Origin: Ranitomeya imitator
Taxonomy: Eukaryota
Length of the DNA stretch: 64,000 nt
Reading direction: 5' to 3'
Assembly (NCBI RefSeq): GCF_032444005.1
Contig: NC_091284.1
Location: 835,140,001-835,204,000, forward strand
Shown here: one piece after another, positions 1 to 12,520 of the stretch
How positions within the stretch are numbered: the stretch's first letter is position 1
Layout of the letters: every line of letters starts with the position of its first letter
The notes under the pieces: generated by a model
Database searches by the model: none
Told to the model about the DNA's origin: nothing
Seen by the model: only the letters and a program-made list of their open reading frames with translations
Position numbers and translations under genes: made by a program

Positions 1-1020
1 CGGCCCTGCTCCAGTATACGGGGGTACAGGAGGGTATATACAGCCCAGCTACAGTATACGGGGGTACAGGAGGTTATATACGGCCCTGCTCCAGTATACG
101 AGGGGTACAGGAGAGTATATACAGCCCAGCTCTAGTATACGGGGGGTACAGGAGGGTATATACGGCCTTGCTCCAGTATACGAGGGGTACAGGAGGGTAT
201 ATACAGCCCTGCTCCAGTATACAGGGGGTGCAGGAGGTTATATACGGCCCTGCTCCAGTATACGGGGTACAGGAGGGTATATATGGCCCTGCTCCAGTAT
301 ACGGGGGGTGCAGGAGGGTATATACAGCCCAGCTCCAGTATACGGGGGGTGCAGGAGGTTATATACGGCCCTGCTCCAGTATACGGGGTACAGGAGGGTA
401 TATATGGCCCTGCTCCAGTATACGGGGGGGTGCAGGAGGTTATATACAGCCCAGCTCCAGTATACGGGGGTACAGGAGGGTATATACAGCCCAGCTCCAG
501 TATACGGGGGGTGCAGGAGGTTATATACAGCCCAGCTCCAGTATACGGGGGTACAGGAAGGTATATACGGCCCTGCTCCAGTATACGAGGGGTACAGGAG
601 GGTATATACGGCCCTGCTCCAGTATACGGGGGATACAGGAGGGTATATACGGCCCTGCTCCAGTATACGGGGGGGGGGGTATAGGAGGGTATATACAGCC
701 CAGCTGCAGTATACTGGGGTACAGCTAATATACGGCCCTGCTCCAGTATACGGGGGTACAGGAGGGTATATACGGCCCTGCTTCAGTATACGGGAGTACA
801 GGAGGGTATATACGGCCCTGCTCCAGTATACAGGGGTACAGGAGGGTATATACGGCCCAGCTCCAGTATACGGGGGTACAGGAGGGTATATACGGCCCTG
901 CTCCAGTATACGGGGGTACAGGAGGTTATATACGGCCCTGCTCCAGTATATGGGGGGGGGGTGGGTATAGGAGGGTATATACAGCCCAGCTGCAGTATAC
1001 AGGGGGCACAGGAGGGTATA
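1..1020 (+). repeat. 40-bp minisatellite array (GGAGGGTATATACGGCCCTGCTCCAGTATACGGGGGTACA), left part, interrupted by Tc1
   Basis: Periodic sequence from the window start up to the TA at 1019-1020; the same unit resumes at 2631. Confidence 0.95.
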
Positions 1021-2630
1021 CAGTGGGGCAAAAAAGTATTTAGTCAGTCAGCAATAGTGCAAGTTCCACCACTTAAAAAGATGAGAGGCGTCTGTAATTT
1101 ACATCATAGGTAGACCTCAACTATGGGAGACAAACTGAGAAAAAAAAATCCAGAAAATCACATTGTCTGTTTTTTTATCATTTTTTTTTTGCATATTATG
1201 GTGGAAAATAAGTATTTGGTCAGAAACAAAATTTCATCTCAATACTTTGTAATATATCCTTTGTTGGCAATGACAGAGGTCAAACGTTTTCTGATAGTCT
1301 TCACAAGGTTGCCACACACTGTTGTTGGTATGTTGGCCCATTCCTCCATGCAGATCTCCTCTAGAGCAGTGATGTTTTTGGCTTTTCGCTTGGCAACACG
1401 GACTTTCAACTCCCTCCAAAGGTTTTCTATAGGGTTGAGATCTGGAGACTGGCTAGGCCACTCCAGGACCTTGAAATGCTTCTTACGAAGCCACTCCTTC
1501 GTTGCCCTGGCGGTGTGCTTTGGATCATTGTCATGTTGAAAGACCCAGCCACGTTTCATCTTCAATGCCCTTGCTGATGGAAGGAGGTTTGCACTCAAAA
1601 TCTCACGATACATGGCCCCATTCATTCTTTCATGTACCCGGATCAGTCGTCCTGGCCCCTTTGCAGAGAAACAGCCCCAAAGCATGATGTTTCCACCACC
1701 ATGCTTTACAGTAGGTATGGTGTTTGATGGATGCAACTCAGTATTCTTTTTCCTCCAAACATGACAAGTTGTGTTTCTACCAAACAGTTCCAGTTTGGTT
1801 TCATCAGACCATAGGACATTCTCCCAAAACTCCTCTGGATCATCCAAATGCTCTCTAGCAAACTTCAGACGGGCCCGGACATGTACTGGCTTAAGCAGTG
1901 GGACACGTCTGGCACTGCAGGATCTGAGTCCATGGTGGCGTAGTGTGTTACTTATGGTAGGCCCTGTTACATTGGTCCCAGCTCTCTGCAGTTCACTCAC
2001 TAGGTCCCCCCGCGTGGTTCTGGGATTTTTGCTCACCGTTCTTGTGATCATTCTGACCCCACGGGGTGGGATTTTGCGTGGAGCCCCAGATCGAGGGAGA
2101 TTATCAGTGGTCTTGTATGTCTTCCATTTTCTAATTATTGCTCCCACTGTTGATTTCTTCACTCCAACGCTGGTTGGCTATTGCAGATTCAGTCTTCCCA
2201 GCCTGGTGCAGGGCTACAATTTTGTTTCTGGTGTCCTTTGACAGCTCTTTGGTCTTCACCATAGTGGAGTTTGGAGTCAGACTGTTTGAGGGTGTGCACA
2301 GGTGTCTTTTTATACTGATAACAACTTTAAACAGGTGCCATTACTACAGGTAATGAGTGGAGGAAAGAGGAGACTCTTAAAGAAGAAGTTACAGGTCTGT
2401 GAGAGCCAGAAATCTTGATTGTTTGTTTCTGACCAAATACTTATTTTCCACCATAATATGCAAATAAAATGATAAAAAAAACAGACAATGTGATTTTCTG
2501 GATTTTTTTTTCTCAGTTTGTCTCCCATAGTTGAGGTCTACCTATGATGTAAATTACAGACGCCTCTCATCTTTTTAAGTGGTGGAACTTGCACTATTGC
2601 TGACTGACTAAATACTTTTTTGCCCCACCG
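1021..2630 (-). mobile_element. Tc1/mariner DD34E DNA transposon, full length (about 1.61 kb), about 210-bp TIRs, TA target duplication
   Basis: Starts CAGTGGGGCAAAAAAGTATTTAG after TA (1019-1020), ends ...TTTTTTGCCCCACCG (one mismatch) before TA (2631-2632). TIRs about 1021-1230 and 2422-2630. Encodes a transposase on the minus strand. Confidence 0.97.
1239..2262 (-). pseudogene. Tc1 transposase with a +1 frameshift near codon 32
   Basis: ATG at 2262 ([10 protein letters not shown]), stop at 1239; span 1024 nt = 1023+1. Extra C in CCAACGCTGG (about 2167) versus CCAAGCTGG in the second copy. WSDET, HDND and PIEN motifs present. Confidence 0.9.
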
Positions 2631-4530
2631 TATATGGCCCAGCTACAGTATACAAGGAGTACAAGAAGGTATATACAGCCCTGCCACAGTATACGGGGGT
2701 ACATGAGGGTATATACGGCCCTGCTCCAGTATACGGGGGTACAGGAGGGTATATACGGCCCTGCTCCAGTATACGGGGGTACAGGAGGGTATATACGGCC
2801 CTGCTCCAGTATACGGGGGGGGGGGGGGTATAGGAGGTTATATACAGCCCAGCTGCAGTATACAGGGGCTACAGGAGGGTATATAAAAGCACTGCTCCAG
2901 TATACATGGGGCACAGGAGGTTATATACAGCCCAGCTACAGTATACAAGGAGTACAAGAAGGTATATACGGCCCTGCTCCAGTATACGGGGGTACAAGAG
3001 GGTATATATGGCCCTGCTCCAGTATACGGGGGGGGGGGGGGGTATAGGAGGTTATATACAGCCCAGCTGCAGTATACAGGGGCTACAGGAGGGTATATAC
3101 GGCCCTGCTCCAGTATACATGGGGCACAGGAGGTTATATACAGCCCAGCTACAGTATACAAGGAGTACAAGAAGGTATATACAGCCCTGCTCAAGTATAC
3201 GGGGGGTAAAGGAGGTTATATACGGCCCAGCACCTGTATACGGGGGGTAAAGGAGGGTATATAAAGCACTGCACCAGTATACGGGGGGCACAGGAGGATA
3301 TATACTGCCCTGCTCCGGTATACAGGGGGCACAAGAGGTTATATAAGGACCAGCTCTACTATACGAGGGGTACAGGAGGGTATATACGGCCCAGCTCCAG
3401 TATATGGGAGGTACAGGAGGGTATATATGGTCCTGCCACAGTATACGGGGGTACAGGAGGTTATATACAGCCCAGCTCCAGTAAACAGGGGGTACAGGAG
3501 GGTATATACAGCCCTGCCACAGCATACGAGGATACAGGAGGGTATATACGGCCCAGCTCTAGTATACGGGGGCTACAGAGAGTATATACGGCCCAGCTCT
3601 AGTATACGGGCGTACAGGAGGGTATATACGGCCCAGCTCTAGTATACGGGGGCTACAGAGAGTATATACGGCCCAGCTCTAGTATACGGGCGTACAGGAG
3701 GTTATATACGGCCGAGCTCTAGTATATTGGGGGCACAGGAGGTTACATACAGCCCAGCTCCAGTATACGGGAGGTACAGAAGGTTATATACAGCCCAGCT
3801 CCAGTATACGGGAGGTACAGAAGGTTATATACAGCCCAGCTCTAGTATACAGGGGGTTACAGGTTATATATGGCCCAGCTCCAGTATACGGGGGTACAGG
3901 AGGTTATATACAGCCCAGCTCCAGTATACGGGGGTACAGGAGGTTATATACAGCCCAGCTCCAGTATATGGGAGGTACAGAAGGTTATATACAGTTCAGC
4001 TCTAGTATACAGGGGGTTACAGGTTATATATAGCCCAGCTCCAGTGTACGGGGGTACAGGAGGTTATATACGGCCCAGCTTCAGTATACGGGGGTACAGA
4101 AGGTTATATACAGCCCAGCTCCAGTATACGGGGGTACAGAAGGTTATATACAGCCCAGCTCCAGTACACGGGAGGTACAGAAGGTTATATACAGTTCAGC
4201 TCTAGTATACAGGGGGTTACAGGTTATATATGGCCCAGCTCCAGTGTACGGGGGTACAGGAGGTTATATACGGCCCAGCTTCAGTATACGGGGGTAGAGA
4301 AGGTTATATACAGCCCAGCTCCAGTATACGGGGGTACAGAAGGTTATATACAGTTCAGCTCTAGTATACAGGGGGTTACAGGTTATATATGGCCCAGCTC
4401 CAGTGTACGGGGGTACAGGAGGTTATATACGGCCCAGCTTCAGTATACAGGGGGGTTACAGGTTATATACGGCCCAGCTCCGGTATACGGGGGGGGGGGT
4501 TACAGGTTATATACAGCCCAGCTCCAGTAA
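2631..4530 (+). repeat. 40-bp minisatellite array, right part (drifts to GGAGGTTATATACAGCCCAGCTCCAGTATACGGGGGTACA)
   Basis: Period 40 visible at 2701-2760; continues the array left of the Tc1. Confidence 0.95.
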
Positions 4531-5227
4531 ACGGATGTTTATACAGCAGAGCTGATTATTGATGTGTAATAATCTCCGCTGACGTCGTCCCCATTGTTCT
4601 GCGAGCACCGTCACCTCCAACAACTAGAAATCTGACTGTTTCCTTTATATCAGGACGAGAGAACCTGAGGGGAAGCAGCAATGTCCTCACATGAATGAGG
4701 AGCCATCCGGGAGGAAGCGGACGCCCGCAGGGGGCGAGGTTACAGGGCTGCGATCCTGTGATCACATGGGACCCCCACATGGGAGAGCACCATGGCGTAG
4801 GGGCAGAGACCCTGACTCCAGCGATGTGTCATTACTGGACCGCTTGCTGCAGTTTTATCAGTAGATCATCCAGTACGAGCCCCCCTCAGGAATAAGGACC
4901 CTTCCTAGTAGGATAGGAGTAACGTCAGGACATCCAAAAAACGACAGACCCCCCTAATGTCAAGACGCATGAAAAAGGCTGCGATGTCCCCCCTCCCTCC
5001 AAACGTCAGGACCCCGTCACCAGTGCCCCCTACTTTAGCAACAGCCCCAAATACCCCAATTACAATCGATTAGGCGTGAGGCCCCCAACACCAAGAAGGG
5101 AGAACGTCCCCTGACCACAAGCCACGACCCCCACAGTCCCGAGGCTAAGAACGAGCTCTGCCTGTCTCCAGCCTGCACTGGCTGATAACAGAGAGCCACA
5201 GAGCTGCAAAACAGATGCAGAGAGCGA

Positions 5228-6670
5228 AGAGCAGGGCGGATCTGCAGGCCGTATATATACCCTCCTGTACCCCCCATATACTGGAGCAGGGTGGATCTGC
5301 AGGCCGTATATACCCTCCTGTACCCCCCATATAATGGGGCTGGGCAGATCTGCAGGCCGTATATATACCCTCCTGTACCCCCCGTATACTGGAGCAGGGT
5401 GGATCTGCAGGCCGTATATATACCCTCCTGTACCCCCCGGTATACTGGAGCAGGGTGGATCTGCAGGCCGTATATACCCTCCTGTACCCCCCGGTATACT
5501 GGAGCAGGGCGGATCTGCAGGCCGTATATACCCTCCTGTACCCCCCATATAATGGGGCTGGGCAGATCTGAAGGCCGTAAATACCCTCCTGTACCCCCCA
5601 TATAATGGGGCTGGGCAGATCTGAAGGCCGTAAATACCCTCCTGTACCCCCGTATACTGGAGCAGGGTGGATCTGCAGGCCGTATATACCCTCCTGTACC
5701 CCCCGTATACTGGAGCAGGGTGGATCTGCAGGCCGTATATACCCTCCTGTACCCCCCGTATACTGGAGCAGGGTGGATCTGCAGGCCGTATATACCCTCC
5801 TGTACCCCCCGTATACTGGAGCAGGGTGGATCTGCAGGCCGTATATACCCTCCTGTACCCCCCGGTATACTGGAGCAGGGTGGATCTGCAGGCCGTATAT
5901 ACCCTCCTGTACCCCCCGTATACTGGAGCAGGGTGGATCTGCAGGCCGTATATACCCTCCTGTACCCCCCGTATACTGGAGCAGGGTGGATCTGAAGGCC
6001 GTATATACCCTCCTGTACCCCCCCCCCCCATATATTGGGGCTGGGCAGATCTGCAGGTAGTATATACCCTCCTGTACCCCCCATATACTGGAGCAGGGTG
6101 GATCTGAAGGCCGTATATACCCTCCTGTGTACCCCCCCCCCCATATATTGGGGCTGGGCAGATCTGCAGGTAGTATATACCCTCCTGTACCCCCCGTATA
6201 CTGGAGCAGGGTGGATCTGCAGGCCGTATATACCCTCCTGTACCCCCCGTATACTGGAGCAGGGTGGATCTGAAAGCCGTATATACCCTCCTGTACCCCC
6301 CCCCCCATATATTGGGGCTGGGCAGATCTGCAGGTAGTATATACCCTCCTGTACCCCCCATATACTGGAGCAGTGTGGATCTGAAGGCCGTATATACCCT
6401 CCTGTACCCCCCCCCCCATATATTGGGGCTGGGCAGATCTGCAGGTAGTATATACCCTCCTGTACCCCCCATATACTGGAGCAGTGTGGATCTGAAGGCC
6501 GTATATATCCTCCTGTACCCCCCGTATACTGGAGCAGGGTGGATCTGCAGGCCGTATATCTACCCTCCTGTACCCCCCATATAACGGAGCTGGGCAGATC
6601 TGAAGGCCGTATATACCCTCCTGTACCCCCCATCCCAAACCCGCCCCCTCCCCCCCCCCCATATACTGGA
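5228..6670 (-). repeat. About 52-53-bp minisatellite array related to the reverse complement of the 40-mer
   Basis: Unit TGTACCCCCCGTATACTGGAGCAGGGTGGATCTGCAGGCCGTATATACCCTCC; equals the reverse-complement 40-mer plus a TGGATCTGCAG-like insert. Confidence 0.93.
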
Positions 6671-7009
6671 GCAGCGCGGAGCTGTTATCAAAGCCTGGTC
6701 CTGCACAGGATGACTCCGGGGTCACAGAGTCACATGACTGCAGCTGTCAACAGGACCAAAATGTCACAATCTCACGATGTACACAGCTTGTGCTCTCTGG
6801 TATCAGCCATCAGACAGGAGATCCCGGGAACTATCCAAATCATTCATCACTAACAGCACTGAATAACTCAACTCCCCCCCGTACATCGGCGGCTGCTCCT
6901 GACAACAGGATTTCATGAGACAAAAGTTGTCAGACTACATCACAGATAACATAGGGCAGGGGTCCGCCTTATCCATGAGCCTCACTAGGACTACTGCATA
7001 AAAGTGAGC

Positions 7010-9602
7010 CAGAGGCCAGACGACGCAGAGGGGTCCGACTACTCCCAGAGGCCAGACGACGCAGAGGGGTCCGACTACTCCCAGAGGCCAGACGACGCAG
7101 AGGGGTCCGACTACTCCCAGAGGCCAGACGACGCAGAGGGGTCCGACTACTCCCAGAGGCCAGACGATGCAGAGGGGTCCGACTACTCCCAGAGGCCAGA
7201 CGAGGCAGAGTGGTCCGACTACTCCCAGAGGACAGACGACGCAGAGGGGTCCGACTACTCCCAGAGGCCAGACGATGCAGAGGGGTCCGACTACTCCCAG
7301 AGGCCAGACGACGCAGAGGGGTCCGACTACTCCCAGAGGACAGACGACGCAGAGGGGTCCGACTACTCCCAGAGGCCAGACGATGCAGACGGGTCCGACT
7401 ACCACCAGACAACACAGAGGGGTCCGACTACTCCCAGAGGCCAGACGAGGCAGAGTGGTCCGACTACTCCCAGAGGCCAGACGAGGCAGAGGGGTCCGAC
7501 TACTCCCAGAGGCCAGACGACGCAGAGGGGTCCGACTACTCCCCGAGGCCAGACGACGCAGAGGGGTCCGACTACTCCCCGAGGCCAGACGACGCAGAGG
7601 GGTCCGACTACTCCCAGAGGCCAGATGACGCAGAGGGGTCCGACTACTCCCAGAGGCCAGACGACGCAGAGGGGTCCGACTACTTCCAGAGGCCAGACGA
7701 GGCAGAGGGGTCCGACTACTCCCAGAGGCCAGACGAGGCAGAGGGGTCCGACTACTCCCAGAGGCCAGACGACGCAGAGGGGTCCGACTACTCCCACAGG
7801 ATAGACAGCGGCAAGGGGTCCGACTGCCACCAGAGGCCAGACAACAGCGAGGGGTCCGACTACTCCCACAGGATAGACAGCGGCAAGGGGTCCGACTGCC
7901 ACCAGAGGCCAGACAACAGCGAGGGGTCCGACTACTGCCAGAGGCCAGACGACGCAGAGGGGTCCGACTACCACCAGAGGCCAGACAGCAGCGAAGGGTC
8001 CAACTACCACCAGAGGCCAGACAACGACAAGGGGTCTGACTACTCCCAGAGAACAGACGAGGCAGAGGGGTGCGACTACTCCCAGAGGCCAGACGAGGCA
8101 GAGGGGTGCGACTACTCCCAGAGGCCAGACAACGCAGAGGGGTCCGACTACCACCAGACAACACAGAGGGGTCCGACTACTCCCAGAGGCCAGACGACGC
8201 AGAGGGGTCCGACTACTCCCAGAGGCCAGACGAGGCAGAGGGGTCCGACTACTCCCAGAGGCCAGACGACGCAAGGGGTCCGACTACTCCCAGAGGCCAG
8301 ATGACGCAGAGGGGTCCGACTACTCCCAGAGGCCAGATGACGCAGAGGGGTCCGACTACTCCCAGAGGCCAGACGACGCAGAGGGGTCCGACTACTTCCA
8401 GAGGCCAGACGAGGCAGAGGGGTCCGACTACTCCCAGAGGCCAGACGAGGCAGAGGGGTCCGACTACTCCCAGAGGCCAGACGACGCAGAGGGGTCCGAC
8501 TACTCCCAGAGGCCAGATGACGCAGAGGGGTCCGACTACTCCCAGAGGCCAGACGACGCAGAGGGGTCCGACTACTCCCACAGGATAGACAGCGGCAAGG
8601 GGTCCGACTACCACCAGAGGCCAGACAACAGCGAGGGGTCCGACTACTGCCAGAGGCCAGACGACGCAGAGGGGTCCGACTACCACCAGAGGCCAGACTA
8701 CTCCCAGAGGCCAGACGACGCAGAGGGGTCCGACTACTCCCAGAGGCCAGACGACGCAGAGGGGTCCAACTACTCCGAGAGAACAGACGACGCAGAGGGG
8801 TCCGACTACTCCCAGAGAACAGACGACGCAGAGGGGTCCGACTACTCCCAGAGGCCAGACGACGCAGAGGGGTCCGACTACCACCAGAGGCCAGACAACG
8901 ACGAGGGGTCCGACTACCACCAGAGGCCAGACAGCAGCGAAGGGTCCGACTACTCCCAGAGAACAGACGAGGCAGAGGGGTCCGACTACTCCCAGAGAAC
9001 AGACGAGGCAGAGGGGTCCGACTACTCCCAGAGGCCAGACAACGGCGAGGGGTCCGACTACTCCCAGAGGCCAGACAACGGCGAGGGGTCCGACTACCAC
9101 CAGAGGCCAGACAGCAGCGAAGGGTCCGACTACTCCCAGAGAACAGACGAGGCAGAGGGGTCCGACTACTCCCAGAGAACAGACGAGGCAGAGGGGTCAG
9201 ACTACTCCCAGAGGCCAGACGACGCAGAGGGGTCAGACTACTCCCAGAGGCCAGACGACGCAGAGGGGTCCAACTACTCTGAGAGAACAGACGACGCAGA
9301 GGGGTCCGACTACTCCCAGAGAACAGACGACGCAGAGGGGTCCGACTATCCCCAGAGGCCAGACAACGGCGAGGGGTCCGACTACCACCAGAGGCCAGAC
9401 AGCGGCGTGGGGTCCGACTACTCCCAGAGGCCAGACAACAGCGAGGGGTCCGACTACACCCAGAGGCCAGACAACAGCAAGGGGTCCAACTACTCCCAGA
9501 GGCCAGACAACAGCGAGGGGTCCGACTACCCCCAGAGGCCAGACAGCAGCAAGGGGTCCGACTACTCCCAGATGCCAGACAGCGGCGTGGGGTCCGACTA
9601 CC
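7010..9602 (+). repeat. 36-bp minisatellite array (CAGAGGCCAGACGACGCAGAGGGGTCCGACTACTCC)
   Basis: Clear 36-bp period; generates the QRPDDAEGSDYS and RRLASGSSRTPL ORFs. Confidence 0.95.
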
Positions 9603-10035
9603 TGAAGGATGCAAATAAAGAAATAAAGGCCCAGCACATCTAAGCTAGTGTAAACAGGAGACCACTGACAGGGCATTACTGCCTGGAGGATGCGGTGGTT
9701 GGAGTTTTCCGCAAAGTTCTAAACTTTGTTCTATAAAAAAATTGTAAACAATGTTCCTTTAAGAAACCTGTTATAGTAAGAGACCTAGCACTGAACTTTA
9801 GGCAAGATGCAGCAGGAAAAATGTATTGTAGTAAATACAGGAAAACGTTTCGGTCAATTGTGACCTTAATCAGTTACAGGAGGTTATTAAATAAAAGCCG
9901 GGAACGGTAATAATAATCGCTGCACGATCATATATCAAAATTAGTTCAGCGTTGTTGTTGTTGTAGGCAAACCTGCTATGAGCAAATAGGAAGATTCCTG
10001 GAGCTGCAGTGCTCTCCGACGCGGCATCCACTGCT

Positions 10036-11480
10036 CACTGCTGACCGGAGGCCTCGCCGCTGATCGCAGGCCTCACCGCTGATCGCAGGCCTCACCGCTG
10101 ATCGCAGGCCTCACCGCTGATCGCAGGCCTCGCCGCTGACCGCAGGCCTCACCGATGATCGCAGGCCTCGCCGCTGACCGCAGGCCTCGCCGCTGACCGC
10201 AGGCCTCACCGCTGACCGGAGCCCTCGCCACTGACCGAATCCTTCACCGCTGACCGCAGACCTCGCCGCTGACCGGAGGCCTCGCCGCTGATCGCAGGCC
10301 TCACCGCTGATCGCAGGCCTCGCCGCTGACCGCAGGCCTCACCGCTGACCGCAGGCCTCACCGCTGACCGGAGCCCTCGCCACTGACCGAATCCTTCACC
10401 GCTGACCGCAGACCTCACCGCTGACCGGAGCCCTCGTCACTGACCGAATCCTTCACCGCTGATCGCAGGCCTCGCCGCTGACCGCAGGCCTCACCGCTGA
10501 CCGGAGCCCTCGCCACTGACCGAATCCTTCACCGCTGACCGCAGACCTCGCCGCTGACCGCAGGCCTCGCCGCTGACCGCAGGCCTCACCGCTGACCGGA
10601 GCCCTCGCCACTGACCGAATCCTTCACCGCTGACCGCAGACCTCGCCGCTGATCGCAGGCCTCGCCGCTAACCGAATCCTTCACCGCTGATCGCAGGCCT
10701 CACCGCTGACCGGAGCCCTCGTCACTGACCGAATCCTTCACCGCTGATCGCAGGCCTCGCCGCTGACCGCAGGCCTCACCGCTGACCGGAGCCCTCGCCA
10801 CTGACCGAATCCTTCACCGCTGACCGCAGACCTCGCCGCTAACCGAATCCTTCACCGCTGATCGCAGGCCTCACCGCTGACCGGAGCCCTCGTCACTGAC
10901 CGAATCCTTCACCGCTGATCGCAGGCCTCGCCGCTGACCGCAGGCCTCCCGCTGACCGGAGCCCTCGCCGCTGACCGCAGGCCTCACCGCTGACCGGAGC
11001 CCTCGCCACTGACCGAATCCTTCACCGCTGACCGCAGACCTCGCCGCTGATCGCAGGCCTCGCCGCTAACCGAATCCTTCACCGCTGATCGCAGGCCTCA
11101 CCGCTGACCGGAGCCCTCGTCACTGACCGAATCCTTCACCGCTGATCGCAGGCCTCGCCGCTGACCGGAGCCCTCGCCGCTGATCGCAGGCCTCGCCGCT
11201 GACCAGAGCCCTCACCGCTGATCGCAGGCCTCACCGCTGACCGGAGCCCTCGCCGCTGACCGGAGCCCTCGCCGCTGATCGCAGGCCTCACCGCTGACCG
11301 GAGCCCTCGCCGCTGACCGGAGCCCTCGCCGCTGATCGCAGGCCTCGCCGCTGACCAGAGCCCTCACCGCTGATCGCAGGCCTCACCGCTGACCGGAGCC
11401 CTCGCCGCTGACCGGAGCCCTCGTCGCTGATCGCAGGCCTCGCCGCTGACCAGAGCCCTCACCGCTGATCGCAGGCCTCG
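10036..11480 (+). repeat. 19-bp CpG-rich minisatellite (CGCTGACCGCAGGCCTCAC and variants) in INPPL1 intron 1
   Basis: 19-bp period with GGAGCCC and GAATCCTT variants. Confidence 0.93.
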
Positions 11481-12520
11481 CCCCCGCGGTGTGATACAGG
11501 CAGGAGACGTCGCTCTCGCCACCATTTCTGCATCCACAACTGATTTGCGCCATTTCCTCTGACTCTCGTGCTACTTGCGCCACCCGCAGCCTTGGCAGAT
11601 TGTCAGCTCCGGGGTACGAAGCGCCAAGTGACGGAGTGAGGAGAAAGGGGGCAAGCTCCACCCTGAACGGCGGCCACATAGAAGGTTGCGGTCCGTCGTA
11701 TCCACCACAGATATCCGCCACGACGCAGGGATCGCAATGTTATAGCAGTATGGCGGGTGATGACAAGCACCGCCTTCTCCGCCATTCTAATATGTGTACG
11801 TGTGTCGCCCCATGGGAGGCGGGCGGTGACGGGTACTCACAGGACGCAGAGGGCGTACGCCCCGGTGACGCTCTCGCTGTCTCGCACCAGGAAGCTGCCG
11901 TCTCTTCCAGCCTTGGCCAATAATTCCTCGGCAGCTGCGCGGCTCAGATCGCGGTGGTACCAGGGCAGCGCCATGTTCCCCGCGGCTCCAGCCGCCAGCA
12001 CTGCGCCGCAGCTCGATGCCATGTCCAAGAAATTAATCACAAAATAAAAGAGGAAGAAAAAAAAAATCACAAAAGTACAAAAAAAAAAAAAAAGAAATTA
12101 AAGTGTCAACAAGTAAAAAGTCGCAACAAGTTTACACAAAAAGTTACAAGGGGTCACGTAAAAGTCGCGAGCGGCCGCAGCCGGGGGGCCCCGCACAGAG
12201 AGGGGGCGACACCCCAGAAAATGCCCCCGAGCCAGCATCACCGTGCGCCCGGAGGAGAGGAGGAGCCGCTGGAGGCCGCGGTCACTGAGCACCAGGACAT
12301 CGGGCGGGGAGCGGCCAAACCCCGAGCACCGACACAAACCGCGGCCACAAACCGACACTGGCGGCGGCCAGAAAGAGGAACCGCCGGAGACAGAGCAGCC
12401 GCCTCCTCCCCGGACACCGGAGAACACAGCGACACCGAGCGGCCTCCCGGAGCAACTGCACCGGGGGAAGACAGCGACACCTGGAGCCAGCAGAGAGTAA
12501 GACTAGAGCCGGTGTATGCA
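11480..12520. promoter_or_regulatory. CpG-rich region spanning INPPL1 first exon, 5' UTR and proximal promoter
   Basis: GC- and CpG-dense unique sequence around the first coding exon; TSS not determined. Confidence 0.5.
11841..12022 (-). CDS. INPPL1: Inositol polyphosphate 5-phosphatase SHIP2, first coding exon (N-terminal SH2 domain)
   Basis: [60 protein letters not shown](L) matches the SHIP2 N-terminus; 182 nt ending CT|GTGAGT (phase 2). Exon 2 not found in the window. Confidence 0.95.

Noticed and set aside
168-6725. Many GY/YT-rich ORFs on both strands
   Set aside because: All fall in the 40-bp and 53-bp arrays and are open in several frames at once.
6935-9676. Acidic QRPDDAEGSDYS and hydrophobic repeat ORFs
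   Set aside because: 36-bp VNTR; variation is not synonymous-biased and I found no convincing start or splice context.
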